Shown one piece after another: positions 26,170 through 33,943 of a stretch of DNA of 64,000 nt. Position 1 is the first letter of the stretch; each line of letters opens with the position of its first letter. Origin of the DNA: an uncultured bacterium. Its GTDB lineage: Bacteria; Desulfobacterota; Binatia; HRBIN30; CADEER01. The notes beneath the pieces are model-generated. The model searched no databases, was not told the DNA's origin, and was given only the letters and a program-made list of their open reading frames with translations. A program made the position numbers and the translations under genes. The stretch lies in NCBI GenBank assembly GCA_965651925.1, contig CBFGUK010000005.1, positions 357 to 64,356 on the forward strand. The letters are read 5' to 3'.

Positions 26170-27360
26170 ATGAGCAAGTACGGATTCAAGACCGCCGCGA
26201 TCGCGGCGGGCGCCATGATGATGGCGGCCAGCGCGCACGCGGTGGTCATCCTCGGCGATGAGGCCGCCAGCGGCGCACCCGGCGACACCGTGGAGTTCTC
26301 CGTCAGCGTCGACACGGAGGGTGAGGACGTCGCGGGTACGCAGAACGACATCACCTTCGGCGAGGGCGTTGCGGTCGCCGCGCGGGCGAACGGCCGTCCG
26401 GACTGCACGGTGAACGAAGAGATCAACAAGGGCGGCACGTCGTTCGCGTTCCAGCCCGCGGGCTGCAGCGGCGATGCGTGCACCGGCGTGCGCGCGCTCG
26501 TGCTGGCGCTCGACAACGTCGACCCGATTCCCGACGGCTCGACGCTCTACACCTGCAACGTGGTGATCGCCGAGGACGCGACGGACGGTGAGAAGACGAT
26601 GTCGATCACCAACACCGGCGCCAGCGATCCCGCCGGTGCGGCGCTGACGACCTCGGGTGTCGATGGCCGCGTGACCGTCGGCGGCGGTGGCGCCGCGGAC
26701 GCGAACATCATCATCGGCGATGCCTCGGGCAACGCGGGCGACACCGTCGCCGTGACCGTGACCCTCAACACCGGGACGGACGTCGCCGGGACGCAGAACG
26801 ACATCACGTTCGCGCCTCCGCTGTCGGTCGCGGCACGCGCGAACGGCCGTCCGGACTGCACGGTGAACGAGACGATCAACAAGGGCGGCACGTCCTTCGC
26901 GTTCCAGCCGGCGGGCTGCAGCGGCACGGAGTGCACCGGTGTGCGCTCGCTCGTGCTGGCGCTCGACAACGTCGATCCGATTGCCGATGGCTCGGCACTG
27001 TACACCTGCAACGTCGTGATCGCCGAGGACGCCGAGGACGGCGACTACGAGCTCGCCTGCTCGAACCCCGGCGCGAGCGATCCGAACGGCGGCGCGCTGG
27101 TCGCCGAGTGCGAGCCTGGCACGGTGACCGTTGGCGGTGGTGGCGATGTTACCCCGACGCCGACCGAGACGCAGGTCGAGGCGACGTCCACGCCGACCGT
27201 CCAGGATGGCACGCCGACCCGCACGCGCACCCCGGGTGGTGGCGGCCGCAGCAACGACGACGACGGCTGCGCGGTCGTGGCGCCGGCGGACAGCACCAGC
27301 GCCTGGCTGCTGCTGCTGCCGTTCGCTGCGCTGCTCTGGTGGCGCCGCCGCTCGCACTGA
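26170..27360 (+). CDS. Cell-surface protein with two tandem cohesin-like domains, a PT linker and a Cys-containing C-terminal anchor
   Basis: 396-aa ORF with signal peptide ...AMMMAASAHA. Two 152-aa repeats begin GDTVEFSVSV / GDTVAVTVTL and contain VAGTQNDITF and LYTCNVVIAEDA, a cohesin-like pattern. Then TPTPTETQVEATSTPT..., then DDDGCAVVAPADSTSAWLLLLPFAALLWWRRRSH. Confidence 0.7.
   Translation: MSKYGFKTAAIAAGAMMMAASAHAVVILGDEAASGAPGDTVEFSVSVDTEGEDVAGTQNDITFGEGVAVAARANGRPDCTVNEEINKGGTSFAFQPAGCSGDACTGVRALVLALDNVDPIPDGSTLYTCNVVIAEDATDGEKTMSITNTGASDPAGAALTTSGVDGRVTVGGGGAADANIIIGDASGNAGDTVAVTVTLNTGTDVAGTQNDITFAPPLSVAARANGRPDCTVNETINKGGTSFAFQPAGCSGTECTGVRSLVLALDNVDPIADGSALYTCNVVIAEDAEDGDYELACSNPGASDPNGGALVAECEPGTVTVGGGGDVTPTPTETQVEATSTPTVQDGTPTRTRTPGGGGRSNDDDGCAVVAPADSTSAWLLLLPFAALLWWRRRSH
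26281..27144 (+). repeat. Intragenic tandem duplication (2 x about 456 nt) encoding the two cohesin-like domains
   Basis: aa 38-175 and aa 190-325 align without gaps for most of their length. One shared stretch is ARANGRPDCTVNE(E/T)INKGGTSFAFQPAGCSG. Confidence 0.85.
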
Positions 27361-27391
27361 GCCGCGACGCAGCATCGGACCTGAACGAGTG

Positions 27392-27425
27392 GAGGGGGCT
27401 GAGCAATCAGCCCCCTCTTCTTTTT
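27392..27425 (+). terminator. Rho-independent terminator
   Basis: GAGGGGGCTGA (27392-27402), loop GCAA, TCAGCCCCCTC (27407-27417), then TTCTTTTT. Confidence 0.85.
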
Positions 27426-27500
27426 GCATCGCCGAATTGAGCCCGGGGCTGCGCCGCGCTGCCACGGCGACGCACGTCACGTCCCGCCCCTCCCGATGAC

Positions 27501-28271
27501 ATGAGCGAGTTTGCCGGCAAACGGGTCGCGATCTTCGGCGTCGCGAACGACCACAGCATCGCCTGGGCGATCGCGCAGCGCTTCCATGCGGCCGGCGCCG
27601 AGCTGGCGCTCACGTATCCGAACGAGGCGATCGAGAAGCGCGTGCGGCCGCTCGCCGAGACGCTCGGCGTCTCCTGTGTGCTGCCGTGCGACGTCACCCG
27701 CGACGCCGAGATCGAGGCCGTGTTCGCGGCGCTGCGTGACCGCTGGGGCACGCTCGACGCCGTCGTCCATTCACTCGCCTTCGCCGGGCGCGACGAGCTC
27801 AAGGGTCGCTACGTCGACACCACCCGCGACGGCTTCCATTTGGCGCTCGACGTGAGCGCCTATTCGCTGGTCGCCATGGCGCGCTGCGCCGAGCCGCTGC
27901 TCGCCCCGCAGCGCGGCGCGATCGTCACCATGACCTACCTCGGTGCCGAACGCGTCATCCCGCACTACAACGTGATGGGCATCGCCAAGGCGGCGCTGGA
28001 GGCGAGCGTGCGCTATCTCGCGTGGGATCTCGGCGCGAGCGGCGTCCGCGTCAACGCCATCTCCGCCGGCCCGCTGCGCACGCTGTCGTCGGCCGGCATC
28101 GCCGGCTTCAAGACCATGCTGCATCATCACGAGGAGCACGCGCCGCTGCGCCGCAACATCAGCGGCGAGGAGGTCGCGGCCGCGACGCTCTATCTGTGCA
28201 GCGCGGCGGCGGGCGGCATCACCGGCGAGGTGCTGCACGTCGACGGCGGCTACAACGTCATGGGCATGTGA
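27501..28271 (+). CDS. fabI: Enoyl-[acyl-carrier-protein] reductase (NADH)
   Basis: 256-aa ORF. Contains GKRVAIFGVANDHSIAWAIA, ...HSLAFA..., ...YNVMGIAKAALEASVRYLA (Y-x6-K) and ...ISAGPLRTLS... Confidence 0.9.
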   Translation: MSEFAGKRVAIFGVANDHSIAWAIAQRFHAAGAELALTYPNEAIEKRVRPLAETLGVSCVLPCDVTRDAEIEAVFAALRDRWGTLDAVVHSLAFAGRDELKGRYVDTTRDGFHLALDVSAYSLVAMARCAEPLLAPQRGAIVTMTYLGAERVIPHYNVMGIAKAALEASVRYLAWDLGASGVRVNAISAGPLRTLSSAGIAGFKTMLHHHEEHAPLRRNISGEEVAAATLYLCSAAAGGITGEVLHVDGGYNVMGM

Positions 28272-28420
28272 ACGCGATCCGCCACAGAGGTGCAGAGGAC
28301 ACGGAGTCGAGCGTTTCCAGTCGGGAGCTCGAGCGGCCAGTCGAGGCGGTGTGCTCTGCCACTCCGGAGCCGATCCCGGACTGGTTGGGCACAGCCCCAG
28401 ATTCCTGACCCTGATACGTC

Positions 28421-29182
28421 GTGTATCCCGTCCTCTTCGAGCTCTTCGGCATCCCCATCGAGGCCTTCTGGGTCACGGTGTTTCTCGGGTTCCTCGCCGC
28501 GCTGTTCGTCGTGCGCGCCGAGCTGATCCGCCAGGGGCACGACGGCACGGCCGCCTACGACCTGATCCTCTGGGCCTACATCGGCGGCTTCGTCGGGGCG
28601 CGACTCTTCATGATCGTCACCGCGTGGCCGGACTTCCAGCGCGACCCGCTCGGGCTCCTGTTCTCGGGTAGCGGCTGGGTGTGGCAGGGCGGTGTCGTCG
28701 GCGGCGCGCTCGCCGTCGCCTGGAAGGCACGTGCGCTCGGGCTGCCGCTCGGTGACGTCGCGGACTTCTCCGGCCTCGCGCTGGCCATCGGCCAGGCGAT
28801 TGGTCGTGTCGGCTGTCAGCTTTCCGGCGATGGCGACTACGGGGTCCCGACCGATCTGCCGTGGGGGATGAGCTATCCCGATGGCGTCGTGCCGACCACC
28901 GAGCGCGTGCACCCGACACCGGTGTACGAGACGATCGCGCTGCTGGCGATCTTCGTTGTACTCTGGCGGCGGCGCACGCGCCCGCACCTGCCCGGCGCGC
29001 TCTTCGGCGAGTACCTCGTCGCCACGGGTGTGCTGCGCTTCGGGGTCGAGTTCGTCCGCCGCAACCCGGCGATCGGGCTCGGGCTGACGCTGGCACAGTG
29101 GGTCAGTCTCGCATCGATCGCCATTGGCGTCGTCGTCCTGCTGCGCCGCCCGGCGCCGGCGCTGCCGGCCGGCGCACCCTGA
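28421..29182 (+). CDS. lgt: Prolipoprotein diacylglyceryl transferase family protein (copy 1)
   Basis: 253-aa ORF, polytopic. Contains IGRVGCQLSGDGDYGVPTDLPWGMSYPDGVVPTTERVHPTPVYE (Lgt-like HPxxxYE signature). Confidence 0.8.
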   Translation: MYPVLFELFGIPIEAFWVTVFLGFLAALFVVRAELIRQGHDGTAAYDLILWAYIGGFVGARLFMIVTAWPDFQRDPLGLLFSGSGWVWQGGVVGGALAVAWKARALGLPLGDVADFSGLALAIGQAIGRVGCQLSGDGDYGVPTDLPWGMSYPDGVVPTTERVHPTPVYETIALLAIFVVLWRRRTRPHLPGALFGEYLVATGVLRFGVEFVRRNPAIGLGLTLAQWVSLASIAIGVVVLLRRPAPALPAGAP

Positions 29183-29991
29183 TGCGTCCGATCCTGTTCC
29201 ATATCGGCGAGATCGCGATCCCCAGCTTCTGGGCGATGGCGTTCCTCGCCTTCGTCGTCGCGCTGCTCGTCATCCGCCGCGACATGGCCGAACGTGGCTG
29301 GCCGGAGCGGCACGCCTACGATCTGGTGCTCTGGGCCTACGTCGGCGGCTGGGTGGGGGCGCGACTGTTCGTCATCCCGACCGGCTGGGCGTACTTCGTC
29401 GACGATCCCTTCCGCTTCCTCATCTCGTCGAGCGGCTGGGTGTGGTACGGCGGCGTGATCGGCGGCGCGGTGGCCGTCCTCGCCTGGGCGTATCGCAGCG
29501 GCCTGCCGCTGCGCACGGTCGGTGACATCGCCGCCCCGGCGCTGGCGATCGGGCTGGCGATCGGGCGCATCGGCTGCCAGCTCGCCGGCGACGGCGATTA
29601 TGGCGTTCCCACCGATCTGCCGTGGGGAATGGCGTATCCCGACGGCGTCGTGCCGACCACCGAGCGCGTGCATCCGACACCGCTCTACGAGCTGGCCGCG
29701 TACCTCGCGCTGTTCGCGTTCCTCTGGCACGCGCGCGGCCGCGGCCTGCCGCCGGGGCACCTGATCGGCCACTATCTGCTCTGGTCGGGCGCGGCGCGGT
29801 TCGCGGTCGAGTTCCTGCGCCGCAATCCCGACTGGCTGTTCGGCCTCACCACCGCGCAATGGATGTCGCTCGGCAGCATCGCGATCGGCGTGTGGCTGCT
29901 GCGTACGGGCGCCGCACGCGACGCCGGCGTGCGCCCCCGTCCCGCACCCGGGCCACCCGAGACCGTCCGGCAGCCGCCTTCCGCTCCCTGA
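29182..29991 (+). CDS. lgt: Prolipoprotein diacylglyceryl transferase family protein (copy 2, tandem paralog)
   Basis: ATG 29182 overlaps the upstream TGA by 1 nt. Contains MRPILFHIGEIAIPSFWAMAFLAF and IGRIGCQLAGDGDYGVPTDLPWGMAYPDGVVPTTERVHPTPLYE. Confidence 0.8.
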   Translation: MRPILFHIGEIAIPSFWAMAFLAFVVALLVIRRDMAERGWPERHAYDLVLWAYVGGWVGARLFVIPTGWAYFVDDPFRFLISSSGWVWYGGVIGGAVAVLAWAYRSGLPLRTVGDIAAPALAIGLAIGRIGCQLAGDGDYGVPTDLPWGMAYPDGVVPTTERVHPTPLYELAAYLALFAFLWHARGRGLPPGHLIGHYLLWSGAARFAVEFLRRNPDWLFGLTTAQWMSLGSIAIGVWLLRTGAARDAGVRPRPAPGPPETVRQPPSAP

Positions 29992-30031
29992 CGATCGCTG
30001 CGCCGCAATCCCGGCGCGCGCAGCGCTCCGC

Positions 30032-30847
30032 TTACCCGCGCGCCCCGCGCCGTTTGATGGCGTCGAGCGTGGTGCGTTTCAGATTGCGGCGCATGAAACG
30101 CGGCGCGACGGCCTTGGTGATGTAGGCGGCGGCGATCGGGCGCGGGAACGTCAGCTCGTGGCGACCGGTGGCGAGCGCCTGCAGGATCGCGGCGACCAGC
30201 GGTTCGGGTTCCACCATGCTGCGGCGCGCCACCGGCGGCATGCGCTCCAGCGCCTCGGCATCGAAGAACTCGGTGCGGATCGCGCCCGGGCAGACGGTGA
30301 GCACGTGGACTCCCTGATCCTCGACCTCGATCGAGAGCGCCTCCGCCAGGCCGACCATGGCGAATTTCGATGCCGCATACGCGGACTCGTCCGGTACGCC
30401 GATCCGGCCCGCCACGGAGGCGATGAACACCAGCCAGCCGGCGCGCCGGGCGACCATCGCCGGCAGCAGCGCCTTGGTGAAATAGAGCGTGCCGAGGAAG
30501 TTGACCTGCAGCATGCGCTCCATGTCGTCGAGATCCCAGTCGAGGAACGGGCGGTGGTGCCCGTAGCCGGCGTTGTTCACCAGGATGTCGACGCGACCGA
30601 AGCGGTCGAGGGCCTCGGCCGCGGTCGCGAAGACCGCGTCGCGATCGGCGACGTCGCACGGCAGTACGAGTGCTTCGCCGCCGGCGGCGCGGATCTCCGC
30701 GGCGACGGCGTCGAGGGCGGCCTGCCGGCGCGCGACCAGGGCCACGCGCGCGCCGCGCGCGGCCATGCGCAGCGCCAGCAGCCGGCCGATGCCGCTGGAG
30801 GCCCCGGTGATCAGCGCCGTGCGGCCGGCATACGTGGTCAGGCGCAC
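30032..30847 (-). CDS. SDR family oxidoreductase
   Basis: C-terminal 271 aa of ORF 30032..31978. GTG 30847 overlaps the upstream TAG by 1 nt. Contains RTALITGASSGIGRLLA, NNAG and YAASKFAMVG. Confidence 0.85.
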   Translation of the reverse strand: MRLTTYAGRTALITGASSGIGRLLALRMAARGARVALVARRQAALDAVAAEIRAAGGEALVLPCDVADRDAVFATAAEALDRFGRVDILVNNAGYGHHRPFLDWDLDDMERMLQVNFLGTLYFTKALLPAMVARRAGWLVFIASVAGRIGVPDESAYAASKFAMVGLAEALSIEVEDQGVHVLTVCPGAIRTEFFDAEALERMPPVARRSMVEPEPLVAAILQALATGRHELTFPRPIAAAYITKAVAPRFMRRNLKRTTLDAIKRRGARG

Positions 30848-32343
30848 TAGCGTCTCGCGCGCGCCGCGCGCTGGGGCGCGGCATGGGGCCGGCGCTGCGG
30901 CGGACGCCGCGGCCGTGCCGGCCGGCGCGCCGGCACGACCTGGGCCGCGGCCGCATCCTGCAGCTCGGCGAACGACTGCTCGACCGCGAGCACGAACTCG
31001 TGCAGGTCGGGCACCGTCTCCCAGTCGGCGGTGAAGCCCCAGAAGAGCCCGCCATTGTAGCTGAACAACCCGACCACCAGCGCCACGTTCTCGAACAGCG
31101 GCACGACCGGAAACGTCGTCTGCATCTCGCAGCCGAGGAAGTAGAGCGGAATCTGCGGGCCGGGCACGTTGGTGACCGTCAGATTGTACGGGCGCGAGCG
31201 GATGCCGAGCTTGACCGCCTGCACGAGCACGTTCGGCACCGTCCATTCCGCGATCGCCGTCATCACCTCGCCGCCGAGCGCCTGTTTCGATTCCTTCAGA
31301 TCGCCCATGGTGATGCGCACGGCCTCGAGCCGCGCGACCGGATCCTCGACGTTGACCGGCAGCGGCGCGATGATCTCGGTGATGCGGTTGCCGAGCGCGC
31401 CGTGTTCCTCGGCGGCGCGCACGCTGACCGGCACCATGGCGCGCACGTTGAGGATGTCGGGATCGACGCCGCGTTCGATGCAGAAGCGGCGCAGCGCGCC
31501 GGCGACGGTGGCGAGCACGACGTCGTTCAGCGTACCGCCGAGCACGTTCTTCACCGCCTTGAAGTCGGCGACGCGCATCGCCGTCCAGTCGAAGCGCCGC
31601 GAGGGCCCGACCTCGCCATTGATCGGCAGCTGCGAGGCGGGATTCAACGCCGGCGAGAACGTTTCGGCGAGGGCGGACACCGCTTCCTCGACCTTGGCGA
31701 GCGTCTGTTCGGGATGGCGGATCGCCTGCCGGGCGGCGAACAGCACATCGAGCGGCTGCAGCAGCCGGCGCTTCGCTTCGTCGAGCAGCAGGCGCGCGTC
31801 GCTCGGGTGCGGCCGCGGCACCCACGGCAGCGGCTCGCCGGGATCGGGATTCGGCGCCGGTTCCATCATCACCGAAATCAGGTCGGCGCCGGCGACGCCG
31901 TCGATCATGCAGTGATGGGTCTTGCTGATCAGCGCGAACTGACCGTTCGCGAGCCCCTCGACGAACCACATCTCCCACAGCGGCCGTGTCCGGTCGAGCT
32001 GCTGCGACATGATGCGGCCGACCAGACGCTTGAGCATCCGCTCGTCGCCGGGGCGCGGCAGGGCGGTGTGGCGGACGTGGTAGGCGAGCCGGAAGCGGTC
32101 GTCGTCGATCCAGATCGGCAGCCGCTCGTAGGGCAGCCAGGCGAGGCGCTGGCGGAAACGCGGCACCAGGTGCAGGCGCGCCTCGATCGCCTGGCGCACG
32201 CGCGCGATGTCGATCCCGCCGTCGGGCGTACGGATCGGCTCGGCATCGAACAGCATCACGCCGCCGACGTGCATGTGGCAGCGCGAGTCCTCGAGCCCGA
32301 TGAAGGACGCATCCTGGGCGCTCAGACGTTCGTAGAAGGCCAT
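30847..32343 (-). CDS. Wax ester synthase / diacylglycerol acyltransferase (WS/DGAT) family
   Basis: 498-aa ORF with the catalytic HHCMIDGVAG (HHxxxDG) motif and the N-terminal ERLSAQDASFIGLE pattern. Confidence 0.9.
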   Translation of the reverse strand: MAFYERLSAQDASFIGLEDSRCHMHVGGVMLFDAEPIRTPDGGIDIARVRQAIEARLHLVPRFRQRLAWLPYERLPIWIDDDRFRLAYHVRHTALPRPGDERMLKRLVGRIMSQQLDRTRPLWEMWFVEGLANGQFALISKTHHCMIDGVAGADLISVMMEPAPNPDPGEPLPWVPRPHPSDARLLLDEAKRRLLQPLDVLFAARQAIRHPEQTLAKVEEAVSALAETFSPALNPASQLPINGEVGPSRRFDWTAMRVADFKAVKNVLGGTLNDVVLATVAGALRRFCIERGVDPDILNVRAMVPVSVRAAEEHGALGNRITEIIAPLPVNVEDPVARLEAVRITMGDLKESKQALGGEVMTAIAEWTVPNVLVQAVKLGIRSRPYNLTVTNVPGPQIPLYFLGCEMQTTFPVVPLFENVALVVGLFSYNGGLFWGFTADWETVPDLHEFVLAVEQSFAELQDAAAAQVVPARRPARPRRPPQRRPHAAPQRAARARR

Positions 32344-32379
32344 CGCGGACTCCTCATCTCCTCAGCGCGCGGCCGGGGC

Positions 32380-32691
32380 TCACGTCGCGCTCGGCAGGGC
32401 GATGCGCGGCGTTTCGGGGTGCGGGCGGTACAGGATCAGCACGCGGCCGATGCTGCCGGCGACTTCGCAGCCGGTGCGCTCGACGAGTCGTTGTGCCGCG
32501 GTGTCGCGGTCGTCGGGTGACTCGCCGCTGATCCGCACCTTGATCAGCTCGTGGTCGGTGAGCGCGCCATCGACCTGCCGGACGACGGCGTCGCTGATCC
32601 CGCGCTGGCCGACGATCACCACCGGGGCGAGCTCGTGAGCCAGCCCGCGCAGATATCGACGATCTTTTCCGGTCATGGACAGGGGATCCAT
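32380..32691 (-). CDS. yhbY: YhbY-like CRM-domain RNA-binding protein
   Basis: ATG 32691 inside ORF 32380..32862. Contains LSMTGKDRRYLRGLAHELAPVVIVGQRGISDAVVRQVDGALTDHELIKVRI... Confidence 0.8.
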   Translation of the reverse strand: MDPLSMTGKDRRYLRGLAHELAPVVIVGQRGISDAVVRQVDGALTDHELIKVRISGESPDDRDTAAQRLVERTGCEVAGSIGRVLILYRPHPETPRIALPSAT

Positions 32692-32725
32692 AGGGCGCTC
32701 CAGTGATGAAATCCAGCCGGAAACC

Positions 32726-32770
32726 GTGACCAGAGACCGGTGACCAGACATCGGTGACCAGTGACCGGTG
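32726..32770. repeat. Degenerate array of GGTGACC-type heptamers
   Basis: GTGACCA, GGTGACC (32739-32745), GGTGACC (32753-32759) and GTGACCG read directly. Confidence 0.7.
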
Positions 32771-32849
32771 TGGCCGTGGCGATTCGTCCTGTACGCCTTC
32801 AGGGCTGTCGGGATACCTCTTGCCCTGCGGGGCGGGACCTGACAGGTCC

Positions 32850-32890
32850 GGTCACCGGTCACCGGTCACCGGTCACCGGTCACCGGTCAC
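32850..32890. repeat. Tandem heptamer GGTCACC x5.9
   Basis: Five perfect copies plus GGTCAC read directly. This is the reverse complement of the GGTGACC units 80-120 nt upstream. It lies 25 nt upstream of the ATG at 32915. Confidence 0.95.
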
Positions 32891-32914
32891 GCTTCTTCTT
32901 CGCGCGGAGTTGCA

Positions 32915-33901
32915 ATGAACGTCGGAAAACTCGCCCTCAGCCTTCCCGTGCCCGGCGACGTCAAGGCCTGCGTCGATTGGGCGCGCCGCGCCGAGGATCT
33001 CGGCTACGAGAGCATCTGGATCGCCGAGACCGGCGGGCCGGATCCGTTCGTCCTCGCCGGCGTGGTCGCGCAGGCGACGACGCGGGTGCGCATCGGTCTC
33101 GCCGTGTCGCCGGTCTACATCCGCACCCCGGCCACCATCGCGGCGGCGGCGGGCACGGTGTCGCAACTGGCACCCGGGCGGTTCATTCTCGGTCTCGGTG
33201 CCTCGAGTCACGCGATCGTCGAGGGCTGGCACGGGATTCCGTTCCGCAAGCCGCTGACGCGCGTGCACGAGACGGTGACCACGGTGCGTGCCATGCTCGC
33301 CGGACAGAAGTCCGCGTTCGACGGCGTGACCCTGCGGACGCATGGCTTCCGCCTGATGGTGCCGCCGGCGGCACCGGTGCCGATCTACGTCGGGGCGCTG
33401 CGCCCGGCGATGCTCGAGCTCGCCGGCGAAGTCGGCGATGGGGTGGCGATCAACCTGCTGCCGGTCTCGGCGGTGGCGCCAACCCGGGCACATCTCGCCG
33501 CCGGCGCGGCGCGGTCGGGGCGCGATGCCGCCAGCCTGGAGGTCGTCTGCCGCCAGCAGGTGCTGGTCACCGACGACAAGGCGGGCGCACGCGAGCTGTT
33601 CCGCAACGCGCTCACCGGCTACTTCGCTACGCCGGTCTACAACCAGTACGCCGCCTGGTACGGGTTCGAGGAGGAGGCGAAGCTGATCGCCGAAGGCTTC
33701 CGCGCCGGCGATCGCGCCCGCACCCGCCAGGGCATGAGCGACCGCCTGATCGACAGCATCGCGATCTTCGGGTCGCTCGAGGAGTGCCGCGAACGGATCG
33801 CCGAGTACGTCGCCGCCGGCGTCGACACGACCGCGATCAGCGTGCTCTCGTTCGATCCCGCTGTGTTCGCGCGCGTGATCGAGGGCTTCGCTCCGCGCTG
33901 A
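32915..33901 (+). CDS. Luciferase-like monooxygenase (LLM) class, probably F420-dependent, oxidoreductase
   Basis: 328-aa ORF. Contains GYESIWIAETGGPDPF, GRFILGLGASSHAIVEGWHGIPF and IYVGALRPAMLELAGEVGDGV. Confidence 0.8.
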   Translation: MNVGKLALSLPVPGDVKACVDWARRAEDLGYESIWIAETGGPDPFVLAGVVAQATTRVRIGLAVSPVYIRTPATIAAAAGTVSQLAPGRFILGLGASSHAIVEGWHGIPFRKPLTRVHETVTTVRAMLAGQKSAFDGVTLRTHGFRLMVPPAAPVPIYVGALRPAMLELAGEVGDGVAINLLPVSAVAPTRAHLAAGAARSGRDAASLEVVCRQQVLVTDDKAGARELFRNALTGYFATPVYNQYAAWYGFEEEAKLIAEGFRAGDRARTRQGMSDRLIDSIAIFGSLEECRERIAEYVAAGVDTTAISVLSFDPAVFARVIEGFAPR

Positions 33902-33914
33902 GCATCCCCGAGCC

Positions 33915-33930
33915 GCGAAGGCGCGAAGGC
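33915..33930. repeat. Tandem octamer GCGAAGGC x2
   Basis: Read directly between the convergent genes at 33901 and 33944. Confidence 0.8.
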
Positions 33931-33943
33931 ACAGCGGTTTCCG

